The notes under the pieces were generated by a model. That model was not told the origin of the DNA and ran no database searches. It saw nothing but the letters and a program-made list of their open reading frames with translations. Positions 1 through 9,494 of a DNA stretch of 64,000 nt are shown here, piece after piece. Origin of the DNA: Halobacteriovoraceae bacterium (lineage in GTDB: Bacteria > Bdellovibrionota > Bacteriovoracia > Bacteriovoracales > Bacteriovoracaceae); assembly GCA_963719505.1 (NCBI GenBank), contig CAVRCF010000001.1, forward strand, positions 1,120,001-1,184,000. Reading direction: 5' to 3'. Each line of letters opens with the position of its first letter. Within the stretch, counting starts at the first letter, position 1. The position numbers were made by a program, and so were the translations under genes.

Positions 1-76
1 CAGTGGCTTTAATCTTCAAACTTTTCCAACAGTTAATCTGATTGAGCCTCTTAGAAAAAGTAAAATCGTCGTCGAG

Positions 77-1183
77 ATGAAACCATATTTCGAAAAACTT
101 GGCTTAAATCCCGATCTTCTTATAAGTGATTTCGACAAAGATGGAATTAGGGACTTTACTGTTTCAACTCATGAAGGGACGACTGTCCTATCAGCAGAAG
201 ATAATGATTGGGATGGTGATGGAGTCGTGAATCTTCTCGATGAGACCGTCGGAGGTACAAAGAGTGCTACTCTAGAGATTAATAGTCCTGATGTGACAAA
301 CGTCTATTCCTTAGAGGGGGTTGAATCTAGCCAAGAGATAGACAAGATTAGTAAAAGGGGAGTTTCTCTTTTACAAAATAAGGGGGCCAAGCATGATGCT
401 CTTATTTTAAAAATTTTTAATGAAGTTTACTCAAAAAGTAATGTCCCAACTGGCAGCCTCTTGACTTTTGTGGCAACAAGTCCAGAGTTCACCTTTGGAA
501 AAAGGTCATTCTTCTCCTATAATAAACAATCAAAGTCTATGGAAGTTTACCCAAGAGAACTTTTAAATTACTTGGCGATAAGAAAGAAGAAAGAGTTTGC
601 CGATGTTCCGAATGGAAAGTTTGTTAACTCTGTTGTGGTGCCACTTTTGATTCACTCTATCGCTCATGAGTTAGGACATACTCAAGATGGGGATCATGAA
701 AAGGTTGCCTCTAAAATGGGGTGGAGTTGGAAAGAAGTTCCCTTTGAAAATGATTACCTCCAAACATACCGACTTGAAATCAAAAAAATAATGAATCAAA
801 AGAAAGATCTCCGATTTAATGGTCAGTCCTATCAAGAAATTTTAAAAGAGCATCAAGAATACCTTGCATTTATTAATTCAAAACTTAAATCAATGAAGTC
901 GAATAAAGCTTTTAAAGAGAGCGTCAAAGACTCTGTTTGGTTCGTTGAATCAAATAAAGAGGAAAGAGAGTTTCAAACAAGTTTTTTAATAAAGAAAAAA
1001 GCTCCGTCTCTATATGCCTTCTCTTCTCCAAAGGAGTGGTTTGCAGAGGTCTATGCCGGCTGTATTTTTAGAAAATTTTTTCCCCAAGTAGAAAAGGTTT
1101 CCGAGTCCATAAGATATGAGATGCTGATTGGCTTCAACCCTTGGAACTTTGAATCTTTTTGCCAACAAAACGACTCAAAGTGA
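77..1183 (+). CDS. Hypothetical protein with HEXXH zinc-metallopeptidase-like motif and DxDxDG Ca-binding-like repeats; probably 5'-truncated by the window edge
   Basis: AHELGH, downstream EWFAE, DFDKDG and DWDGDG; frame is open back to position 2. Confidence 0.55.
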   Translation: MKPYFEKLGLNPDLLISDFDKDGIRDFTVSTHEGTTVLSAEDNDWDGDGVVNLLDETVGGTKSATLEINSPDVTNVYSLEGVESSQEIDKISKRGVSLLQNKGAKHDALILKIFNEVYSKSNVPTGSLLTFVATSPEFTFGKRSFFSYNKQSKSMEVYPRELLNYLAIRKKKEFADVPNGKFVNSVVVPLLIHSIAHELGHTQDGDHEKVASKMGWSWKEVPFENDYLQTYRLEIKKIMNQKKDLRFNGQSYQEILKEHQEYLAFINSKLKSMKSNKAFKESVKDSVWFVESNKEEREFQTSFLIKKKAPSLYAFSSPKEWFAEVYAGCIFRKFFPQVEKVSESIRYEMLIGFNPWNFESFCQQNDSK

Positions 1184-1321
1184 TAATCGATTATTTTCCC
1201 ATTAGTAGTAAGTACTTGATTTTACGAGCGAGTTAGGCTTCTCTCCTGCCTAAGCTGATAATAATGATTGGGAATTGAAGAAAGTATCAAAATTTCCGAT
1301 AAGTCAGATGTGGAGATACGA

Positions 1322-2650
1322 ATGAAAAGATATAACTTAATTCTTGTAACAATGATGCTCATACTTTTTGCCTATGCTGGAAGTAAAGGGAAAAAAGTGG
1401 CCATTGTTAAAATTCAAAAAGGTGTCGTTCACTCGATTAATGCTGTTGGAGAGAAGGTTCTTTTGAAAAAAGGATCATGGGTCGAGCAAGGCGCGGTTGT
1501 GAAAACGCAACCAAAAAGCTTTATTAAACTGAGCTTTATCGATAAATCAACGGTCAATATTGGACCTGATTCTGAAATGAAAATCGAAAAATTTTCAAAA
1601 AATGAAGCAGGGGTCCTCAATGTCATCTCTGGAAAAATAAGATCTCAAGTTTCAAAAAATTACTTAGAAATGGATAAAAATAAATCTAAACTTTTTGTAA
1701 AGTCTAAATCAGCAGTCATGGGAATTCGGGGAACAGACTTTATCTTCTCAACCAATAAGAAGACAGGGGCATCAACGGCTATTTTGTTTGAAGGTTCCGT
1801 AGTCTTTAACAAATTGTCGAAAAACGATAGAAAGCTAGATCTTGAAAGCGTTGTAAATAAAGGATATCGAATAAATCCAGGTCAATTCTCGGTATCAAGA
1901 CTAAATTTGAAAAGACCTACTGTCCCTTCGAAGCTATCGAGTAAACAATTCATTGCTTTAGAAAAAAACAAAAATTTTGCAAAGGTTAAAGTTGATGTAA
2001 AAGCTCCTCAGCGAAAATCAGTAGTGCCACCAGGATTAACTGGAGATATTGTTGCCCCAGAAGGTGTTGGGCTTAGATCGATCGCAAGTTCAGAGAAGCC
2101 AAAAATAGATATAAAATCCACAAAAGGTTTTAAAAGAGGGGATGAAATTAAGCCTACAGATGGCTCAATTGTTCATGTTGATTCTGGAACAATCATCCCT
2201 GTCGCTAAAGATGCACTTTTTGATAAAAACACTAAAGAGTGGTCCTCACAAAAATCTGGCTCTGTTTCAGACTCTGGTGATTATATTCCACCAAAGAGTT
2301 ACTCGATCGACAATGAAGGGAAGATTTATAAAGAGGTCGGCAAAAATAAGATTGAAGTGGATACTTCAATAGTCCCTGTAGGTAAGTCAAATGCGTTTGA
2401 AGGCCAAAAAGGTGGGAGCAAAAAAGAGCTCAAAGGAAAGGCGCCAGCTTCAATCGAAGATAGCTTTAAGTCAGACGAAGAGTCAAAGGAAGAGGATCCA
2501 AGTCTTATCAGACGAGCACCAGTTCCTCCAGGGGAACCAGGGTGGCTACCGGAGAACATTAATAAAAGTCGTCCTCGTTTCATCGACAGGTTTAGAGCTC
2601 CTCCGCCGGCATCTGGCAGAACCAGAGTTAATGGGACAGTTAATAGGTAA
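1322..2650 (+). CDS. Secreted FecR-domain protein
   Basis: Signal peptide after ATG 1322 (SD GGAG); FecR-like AVMGIRGTDF and ILFEGSV motifs. Confidence 0.75.
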   Translation: MKRYNLILVTMMLILFAYAGSKGKKVAIVKIQKGVVHSINAVGEKVLLKKGSWVEQGAVVKTQPKSFIKLSFIDKSTVNIGPDSEMKIEKFSKNEAGVLNVISGKIRSQVSKNYLEMDKNKSKLFVKSKSAVMGIRGTDFIFSTNKKTGASTAILFEGSVVFNKLSKNDRKLDLESVVNKGYRINPGQFSVSRLNLKRPTVPSKLSSKQFIALEKNKNFAKVKVDVKAPQRKSVVPPGLTGDIVAPEGVGLRSIASSEKPKIDIKSTKGFKRGDEIKPTDGSIVHVDSGTIIPVAKDALFDKNTKEWSSQKSGSVSDSGDYIPPKSYSIDNEGKIYKEVGKNKIEVDTSIVPVGKSNAFEGQKGGSKKELKGKAPASIEDSFKSDEESKEEDPSLIRRAPVPPGEPGWLPENINKSRPRFIDRFRAPPPASGRTRVNGTVNR

Positions 2651-2703
2651 CTAACATTTTCCTCCTGCTTCCAAAATAGAGGGATAAGTCTATAATAAGT
2701 GTA

Positions 2704-4308
2704 ATGAAATCCTTACTCTTATTTATCATCCTCTTGAGTTGTTCCGGCTTTGCTGGTGCCCAAGTGAAAAAATCTTTAAAAGACCTCACGTCAAGTGCTT
2801 CAGATGCCTTTGAAGCGGGGGACTATCAAAAAACAGTAGTAGAAATTGAGAAGCTTCTTAGTGTCGATTCCATTTCAAAAAATCTTGAATCTAAAGGCCT
2901 CCTTCTTTATTGGAAGGGGATTTCCAATATAAGAATGAACGAGTATGAAGATGGTATTAAGAACCTTGAAGAGGCGATTAAATTAAAATTCCCAGCCGAT
3001 GATATTCACTATGAATACGGCCAAGCCCTTTATGTTTCTGAAAGACTAAACGAAGCCAGATTGGCCTTTAGTGAATCTGTCAAAGCCAAGTACAAAGTTG
3101 GTGTTTCTCTTTACTATATCGCATTTATTTCTCAACAATTAGGTAGTCAAAAAAAGGCTGTTAACTTTTATACCATGATTGAGAAACTTCCCCAGAGCGA
3201 GAAAGAATCCATTTTACAGGCCAGTAGGATGCAGATTGCTGATATCTATCTTACTCAAGTAGAAAAACTACCCAATAGCTTCTCGTCTATTGAAAAATAT
3301 GTCATTCCTCAATATGAAAAAGCTTTGCAAGTGGACGAGAACTCTAATCTTGCTCAGGAAATAGAGAGAAAAATTAAAGAGATTCAAAGAAAGTATGACC
3401 TCTTGGTTTTTAGAATGAGAAATGGGAGACCAACTTCATTTCCTCGATACTTTATTCGTTCAAGCATTGCTTACGGCTTTGATGATAATGTGAGAAATTT
3501 GGATGAGACCTCCAAAGGGGATCTGAAAGAGGAAGACTTCGCAAGCCCTTACTATAATGCCAGTATCTATTCTCGGTACACGTTCTATCCCAGTTCTGCT
3601 TTGTCTGTCTCTCCTGAACTTACGCTCTCTTATACGGACTATCAGACAGATTCAGATGAGATAAAAGCTTTTAATAACCTCTCCATTATCGCTGGACTTC
3701 AGCTCAACTATGAACATTTGTACAATGGAATTGCGGCGACGACCTATCTTAATTTCGACTATACATATAGAGACGATGACGGAAATTCGGATGATGTTTT
3801 GGAAAAGGCCAGTGATACAGTGAGCATCACTTTGAGTGAGGAGCTTCAGTTTTGGAGAGGAAATCCTTCAACCTTTAGGTACCGCTTCACTCAGTCAACT
3901 GCAGTAGAGGAGACTCTCTCTTTTGATGCCCATAGCTTTATTTATGAACAGTTTCTCTCTCTCAAATCCTTCTCTATCTTTTTATACACCTCTTATGATA
4001 TTTCTCGATTTGCTGAAAATGAAGATCAGGATACTAATAGTTATACCCTAAGGTCAGACTTTCTTCTCGATAGCTTCTACGATCTTTTTAATCCAAATCT
4101 TTTTGTCTCGACGACTCAAACAAGTTATCTAAATGATACTGATCGAGGAACATCATCTTTGATTGAGTATGGAGTAACTTTAAGTCGTCCCATTAGTGAA
4201 AAAGTATATCTCAACTTCTTTTATAATATTGAGTCTCAATCTGGGAAAGAGGATCAAGATACTCACAGCGGGACAGTCGTTGGGGGAAGTTTAGAGTATT
4301 ACTACTAG
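2704..4308 (+). CDS. TPR-repeat protein with C-terminal outer-membrane beta-barrel-like region
   Basis: Signal peptide, N-terminal TPR-like helices, alternating beta pattern ending in aromatic EYYY; follows the FecR-domain gene. Confidence 0.65.
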   Translation: MKSLLLFIILLSCSGFAGAQVKKSLKDLTSSASDAFEAGDYQKTVVEIEKLLSVDSISKNLESKGLLLYWKGISNIRMNEYEDGIKNLEEAIKLKFPADDIHYEYGQALYVSERLNEARLAFSESVKAKYKVGVSLYYIAFISQQLGSQKKAVNFYTMIEKLPQSEKESILQASRMQIADIYLTQVEKLPNSFSSIEKYVIPQYEKALQVDENSNLAQEIERKIKEIQRKYDLLVFRMRNGRPTSFPRYFIRSSIAYGFDDNVRNLDETSKGDLKEEDFASPYYNASIYSRYTFYPSSALSVSPELTLSYTDYQTDSDEIKAFNNLSIIAGLQLNYEHLYNGIAATTYLNFDYTYRDDDGNSDDVLEKASDTVSITLSEELQFWRGNPSTFRYRFTQSTAVEETLSFDAHSFIYEQFLSLKSFSIFLYTSYDISRFAENEDQDTNSYTLRSDFLLDSFYDLFNPNLFVSTTQTSYLNDTDRGTSSLIEYGVTLSRPISEKVYLNFFYNIESQSGKEDQDTHSGTVVGGSLEYYY

Positions 4309-5006
4309 CTCAAACGATTAATTTCAGCTTCTAATTTTTGTCGACATTCAATCATCAATTGAGGGATATCATCTTGTGTTAAGCCTAAGGTTGGGATGGG
4401 CTCTAAGAAAGACATCTTGACGTGACCAGCATGAAATTTATTTAAGTTAATACTTTTTGCATAACGAGATATTGCAAAAATAGTAATAGGTAACTGTAGA
4501 GTAATCGCGGTTCTAAAAGCGCCTTTTTTAAAGGGAAGAAGCTCATCTGAAGTATTCCTGGTGCCTTCTGGAAAGATAACGACACTAATCCCTTTCTCCA
4601 TAAGAGTTTTTCCGACATTTTTAAGACTTTTCTTAGTACTACCTTTGCTTCCTCTTTTGATGGAAATATTTCCAGTAAGCCAAAAGACGAGGCCAAAAAC
4701 GGGAATATAAAGTATCTCTCTTTTTCCTAAAGAGACGACCTTATCTCTAAAAATTTTAGAGACAACCCACAAGTCCATATTATGCTGATGATTTCCTACT
4801 AGAATACTAGGGTGCGCTTTGGTGAGAATGTGTTGATTTTCTACTTCGCTAGTAAGTCCAAGGGGCTTGGATAAAAAAGAGAAAACTCGAAGGAAAAAAC
4901 CAGAGTTTTTATAGCTTGTTGGTCGCAAGAAACAAATGGGCAAAGATATAATCGATGTGATTAGAACAAGAAGAGGAAAATAGATAAGCCTTAATACTTT
5001 TAACAT
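4305..5006 (-). CDS. plsC: 1-acyl-sn-glycerol-3-phosphate acyltransferase
   Basis: NHQxxxD and FPEGTR motifs, PFKKGAF. Confidence 0.9.
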   Translation of the reverse strand: MLKVLRLIYFPLLVLITSIISLPICFLRPTSYKNSGFFLRVFSFLSKPLGLTSEVENQHILTKAHPSILVGNHQHNMDLWVVSKIFRDKVVSLGKREILYIPVFGLVFWLTGNISIKRGSKGSTKKSLKNVGKTLMEKGISVVIFPEGTRNTSDELLPFKKGAFRTAITLQLPITIFAISRYAKSINLNKFHAGHVKMSFLEPIPTLGLTQDDIPQLMIECRQKLEAEINRLS

Positions 5007-6391
5007 TAATTACCTTTGGGAAGAATGATTTTAAACTTCGTGCCTTGTTGCAGCTCGCTTTCTATTTCAATCCTACCGTCATGTTTATTTATAATATGTT
5101 TAACAATTGAAAGCCCCAATCCAGATCCCTCTATATTTGATTGTCTTGAACTCAGGGCATCTCCTTGGACGCGATAGAACCTTTCAAAAATTCGATCCTT
5201 ATTTTCTGATGAAATACCGTAACCATTATCTCGCAAAGTCATGTATGACATCGTTTCATCTGAATAGAGACCTAAGTTAATTGTTAATTCATTTTCAGAG
5301 TATTTAAATGAATTGTCGATAAGGTTAGAGAGGACCTGTTCTATCAAGCGTTTATCACCGTAGACTGTATCTTCTTCTAAATCAAAATTAAAAGTGGCTC
5401 TCTTTTGGGGATGTTTCGCTTCAATGTCTGATTTTACTTTTAAAACTTTTTCTTTGAGTGAGAAAAATTCTTTATCAATTTTGTCTTTTGTTTCAATTTT
5501 AGAGAGGTTGAGAAGGCTATCAAAAAGATCTTTCAGCTTATCGGAGTTAGAATCTATTTTCTGTGTTAGAAGTTTAATCGACTCAGGCAACTCCTTCGCC
5601 TGAGCTTGAAGAAGCTGAGAGTAACCTTTAATTGATGTCAGAGGAGTTCTTATTTCATGGGAAACGTTTGCGACGAAGTCGACTCTCATTTTGTCTGTGA
5701 GCTTTCCGTGAGTCACATCATAAAAAACTCCCACGGCTCCAATAATATCACCTTTAAGATCTGTTAAACTTGAGAGCCTTATATCAAAATAGCGCCCAGA
5801 TTCTTTATGGTAGAAGTCGATAAGATTATTCTCAATTCCTTTTTTAACAAGCTTATCAACCGCTTCGTTAAGTTTAACATCTCGCAAGACTTTCCATAAC
5901 TTCGTTTCACCTTTTAATTCAAAGTGTTTGTCAAAAGACTCATTTGACTGTGTTATATTTTGAAAGTTATCAATGACAACAATAGGAGAACTAACCGAGG
6001 CGATGATGTGATTTGCTTTAATTTGTTGATTTTGGATTTGAGACTTTTGGAGAAAAATTTCACGATCAACGTAATCGAGCATAAAATTTATAATATCCCA
6101 TTCATTTTTTCTGTAGAGCAATTCTACTTGCTGAGAGTGGGCAAGATTAGCCTTCATCTTTTCTAGACGAGCTAGAATTTGGGACAGAGGCCTTGCTCTA
6201 AAAAGGGTGAGAACGGCGCTGTAAAGCCAAAGTGAAATCACGGCCCAGAAAATCGCAGAAAAAGTATTTTCTACGAAGTAGCGGTCGATAACAGCGATTG
6301 TTAGAGCCGTTATTGAAATATAAAAAACTCGCGACCTTAGACTTTGGACAAAGTAGTTTAAAGGAAATGGTCCTTTAAAAAAATTATTCAT
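5006..6391 (-). CDS. PhoR-like sensor histidine kinase (TM-PAS-HisKA-HATPase)
   Basis: DFVANVSHEIRTPLT H-box, NLIDN, DNGYGI, FERFYRV, GSGLGLSIV. Confidence 0.9.
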   Translation of the reverse strand: MNNFFKGPFPLNYFVQSLRSRVFYISITALTIAVIDRYFVENTFSAIFWAVISLWLYSAVLTLFRARPLSQILARLEKMKANLAHSQQVELLYRKNEWDIINFMLDYVDREIFLQKSQIQNQQIKANHIIASVSSPIVVIDNFQNITQSNESFDKHFELKGETKLWKVLRDVKLNEAVDKLVKKGIENNLIDFYHKESGRYFDIRLSSLTDLKGDIIGAVGVFYDVTHGKLTDKMRVDFVANVSHEIRTPLTSIKGYSQLLQAQAKELPESIKLLTQKIDSNSDKLKDLFDSLLNLSKIETKDKIDKEFFSLKEKVLKVKSDIEAKHPQKRATFNFDLEEDTVYGDKRLIEQVLSNLIDNSFKYSENELTINLGLYSDETMSYMTLRDNGYGISSENKDRIFERFYRVQGDALSSRQSNIEGSGLGLSIVKHIINKHDGRIEIESELQQGTKFKIILPKGN

Positions 6392-7076
6392 TCTCTTTAA
6401 ACCTGTATCCTATTCCCCTTATGGTCTCTATGTATTTAGCTTTATCTTTGAGTTTTTTTCTCAGACCCACAATATGAGTATCGATAATCCTGTTCGTAAC
6501 GTGGATATCATCTCCTAGAATATTTGAAATAAGGCTGGCCCTTGAGTGCACGACTCCAGGTTCTTTCATTAGGAGCGCGAGAATTTGATATTCTGTGAGG
6601 GTGAGATTGATTGTATTTGAATCAACTTTCACCTCTTTCTTTGTATCGTTGAGTAAGATTCCATGGAAGTTAAATTCAGAAATTTCTTTTCCTTCAGGAT
6701 AAGAACGTCTTAAATTCGCTCTGACTCTTGCGTTGAGAACATTGATATCAAAAGGCTTCGTAATATAGTCGTTTGCCCCAGCATCGAGACCTTCTATAAT
6801 ATTTTCTGGCTCTGAAAGAGCTGTTACGAAGATAATAGGCGCTGCAGAAGTGGCTGAGTTTAGCCTGAGAAACTGACACATCTCTATGCCGGTTCCATCG
6901 GGTAACATCCTATCGACGAGAAACATATCGTAGGTCTTTTGACCGATTTTATCTTTTGCTTTGGAAATATTAATAGCTGTGTCCACTTGGTAGCCATGCA
7001 GCTCAAGCTGCATCTGAATGAGTTCGCTAATATCGATTTGATCTTCGATCACGAGTATTGATTCTTGATTTTTCAT
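6384..7076 (-). CDS. PhoB/OmpR-family response regulator
   Basis: DRMLP receiver, ANDYITKPF, winged-helix ETIRGIGY; overlaps the kinase start. Confidence 0.9.
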   Translation of the reverse strand: MKNQESILVIEDQIDISELIQMQLELHGYQVDTAINISKAKDKIGQKTYDMFLVDRMLPDGTGIEMCQFLRLNSATSAAPIIFVTALSEPENIIEGLDAGANDYITKPFDINVLNARVRANLRRSYPEGKEISEFNFHGILLNDTKKEVKVDSNTINLTLTEYQILALLMKEPGVVHSRASLISNILGDDIHVTNRIIDTHIVGLRKKLKDKAKYIETIRGIGYRFKENE

Positions 7077-7120
7077 ATGAATGATATAGCAAAAAAGTTG
7101 GGATTTGTAAGTGAATAGTA

Positions 7121-7143
7121 GGGTTGAAGCAGTGCTTCAACCC
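7121..7143 (-). terminator. Hairpin downstream of sodB
   Basis: GGGTTGAAGC-agt-GCTTCAACCC, perfect 10-bp stem just past the sodB stop; weak U-tract. Confidence 0.55.
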
Positions 7144-7150
7144 CTGTGAA

Positions 7151-7723
7151 TTATAAGTTTGAGTTAACGAAGTCCCAGTTAACAAGAGACCAAAAAGCAT
7201 TGATATAGTTAGGTCGTGCATTTCTGTAATCTACATAATAAGCATGCTCCCAAACATCAATCGTCATAAGTGCTTTTCTTCCGTGTTTCATCGGTGTGTC
7301 AGCGTCATTTGTATTAAAGATTTCTAGTTCACCTTTGTTGTCTACTAACCATGTCCAACCTGAACCAAAGTTTGTCGCTGCTGAATTAGTGAATTCTTCT
7401 TTAAATTTGTCGAACGATCCCCATTTAGCATTGATCTTATCAGCGATCATTCCTGTCGCTTGACCACCTTTATTTGGAGCTAAACAGTTCCAGTAAAATG
7501 TGTGGTTCCAAACTTGTGCTGCGTTATTAAAAAGTCCGCCTTCGCTTCCTTTAATGATGTCTTCAAGAGAAGAATCTGCAAATTTAGTTCCTTCAATACC
7601 AGCATTTAACTTCGTCACGTAAGCATTGTGGTGCTTTCCGTAATGATAATCAATTGTCTCTGCCGAAATATGTGGCTCAAGAGCGTTCTTTTCCCAAGGT
7701 AGTTCTGGTAATTTGTGTTCCAT
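7151..7723 (-). CDS. sodB: Superoxide dismutase [Fe]
   Basis: HYGKHHNAYV, FNNAAQVWNH (Fe-type), DVWEHAYY. Confidence 0.95.
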   Translation of the reverse strand: MEHKLPELPWEKNALEPHISAETIDYHYGKHHNAYVTKLNAGIEGTKFADSSLEDIIKGSEGGLFNNAAQVWNHTFYWNCLAPNKGGQATGMIADKINAKWGSFDKFKEEFTNSAATNFGSGWTWLVDNKGELEIFNTNDADTPMKHGRKALMTIDVWEHAYYVDYRNARPNYINAFWSLVNWDFVNSNL

Positions 7724-7890
7724 GTTAATCCTCCATTTTGATAGTAACTAATGGTATTAGTTGTACCATAGATAACCTCAATCTCTTTTACCGGACGCAA
7801 AATAAATGTGATTTTAAATACGCATTGTCTAATGAATATTGACTTATTCGGGTCTTGTTCCGATGATTGTCCTAAAAAAAGGTTTAAATT

Positions 7891-8871
7891 ATGAGATATA
7901 TAACTTTGTGCGCCATGTTGTTCGTTCTTGTTGGATGTGCAACAAAAAAAGATAAAACAAAAACTTCAGTCCTTTCTCCTGAGATGAAAGAGATGCCCTT
8001 GTGGATTCATAGCATCGATGAAGCCTGCGATAACGATACAGAGATTTGTGCATCATCAGAAGGATCAAGTTCAATAAATGCAGATCTAAATGCAAAAAAT
8101 TCTTTGGCCAGTATCTTTCAAACAAAAATTAAATCTAATCTAACTTTAGAAAAATATGGTTTCACGGCTCCTGAAGCTGAAGCTATTGCCGAGAGAGTTT
8201 CTAATACAGTTAATGAATCTGTAAATGTCCTGCTTAAAGCAACTTATATCAAAGAGCGTTTCACCAAAGACAGTCTGTATTTTTCATTAGCCGTTTTAGA
8301 TAAAGAGAAAGTTAAGAAGTCACTGCGGCTAGAAATCAACGCCCTTGATGATCAACTTGCCTTCATCCACAGTAAGGGGTTGAAAAGTTCTCTTATTAAA
8401 ATGCATGTTCTTCTCAATAAGCGAGAAGCTCTTAACGATAAATTTCTTATTGTTTCCGGAACTAGTATTCCTACGGATATGACATTTTCAAAAATAAGTT
8501 CTTTAAAATACGCAAAAAATAATGTGAATAAAATCTCATTTAGACTTGTGGGTGATGTTCCACGAATTATTGCCAAAAAGATAGAATCGATGTTTTCAGA
8601 AATGGGTTATAAAATTGTGAGCACTGGCAAGCAAGATTACGGCATCAAAATCAAGTACAAAATGAAAGATGAGTACTTAAACGTTAAGGGCTTTAAGAAG
8701 TTTCTTGTCACTTTGAACCTCGAAGCCAAAGCCATTGGAGGGGAGAAGCTTGGAACTTATACGGCACAGACAACAGCTCTTGGCCGAAACCAACAAGATG
8801 CATTTTTAAAAATTAAAGATAAAATTGTTAAAGATATTAGAGATAATATTGATAAACTAAATATGAAATAA
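7891..8871 (+). CDS. LPP20-like lipoprotein
   Basis: Lipobox LVGC; PLWI and ADLNAKNSLA pattern; first gene of a three-lipoprotein cluster. Confidence 0.6.
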   Translation: MRYITLCAMLFVLVGCATKKDKTKTSVLSPEMKEMPLWIHSIDEACDNDTEICASSEGSSSINADLNAKNSLASIFQTKIKSNLTLEKYGFTAPEAEAIAERVSNTVNESVNVLLKATYIKERFTKDSLYFSLAVLDKEKVKKSLRLEINALDDQLAFIHSKGLKSSLIKMHVLLNKREALNDKFLIVSGTSIPTDMTFSKISSLKYAKNNVNKISFRLVGDVPRIIAKKIESMFSEMGYKIVSTGKQDYGIKIKYKMKDEYLNVKGFKKFLVTLNLEAKAIGGEKLGTYTAQTTALGRNQQDAFLKIKDKIVKDIRDNIDKLNMK

Positions 8872-8881
8872 AGGATTTAAA

Positions 8882-9487
8882 ATGAAAGTATTAATTATGT
8901 TACTTGCAACTCTTCTTGTATCAAGCTGTGCAAGCTTTAAGGCGGAAAGAGTTGACGCGAAAACGTCTGATGAAAAAGCAATGGAAATTACTGACAATTG
9001 GGTTGCTGAAGACACAAGACGAGCGGTTAAAGAAATTTTAGAACAGATGAAGAATCACAATGGTTTTAAAAAGTATATGAGACGTCATAGTAAAGAGCCA
9101 AAAGTCTTTATCGCAGAAGTGCAAAACAATACTTCTGAAGCTTACTTTCCAATTGATGATATGAATGATGAATTTCTCAATGAAGTCTCAGCTTCTGGAG
9201 ACTTTGTTCTTGTGGACGCCAAGGCGAGAGATGCGATTTTAAAAGAGCTTACTTATCAAAATGACGGAATGGTTGACCCAAGTACAGCTAAGTCAATTGG
9301 TAAACAGCTAGGTGCAGACTTAATGATTTTTGGATCTGTCTACATGAAGCCGGAAAAAAGAGATGGAAAAACTCTTAAAGAGTATTCTGTAAATATCCGT
9401 CTGACAGATATCGAGAAAGGTATTGAAGTCATGAGAACAAGAACAAGAATTTACAAATACTCAGATAAAAAATCTTACGGTTGGTAA
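8882..9487 (+). CDS. LpoB-like (penicillin-binding protein activator family) lipoprotein
   Basis: Lipobox VSSC; VQNNTSE and TAKSIGKQLGADLMIFGSV typical of this family. Confidence 0.75.
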   Translation: MKVLIMLLATLLVSSCASFKAERVDAKTSDEKAMEITDNWVAEDTRRAVKEILEQMKNHNGFKKYMRRHSKEPKVFIAEVQNNTSEAYFPIDDMNDEFLNEVSASGDFVLVDAKARDAILKELTYQNDGMVDPSTAKSIGKQLGADLMIFGSVYMKPEKRDGKTLKEYSVNIRLTDIEKGIEVMRTRTRIYKYSDKKSYGW

Positions 9488-9494
9488 GAGTTAA

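Noticed and set aside
1209-1253. Perfect IHF consensus plus AGG-N10-GC upstream of the FecR gene as a sigma54 promoter
   Set aside because: Weak match outside the GG and GC, and the same bases form a TTAGGC/GCCTAA hairpin; left uncalled
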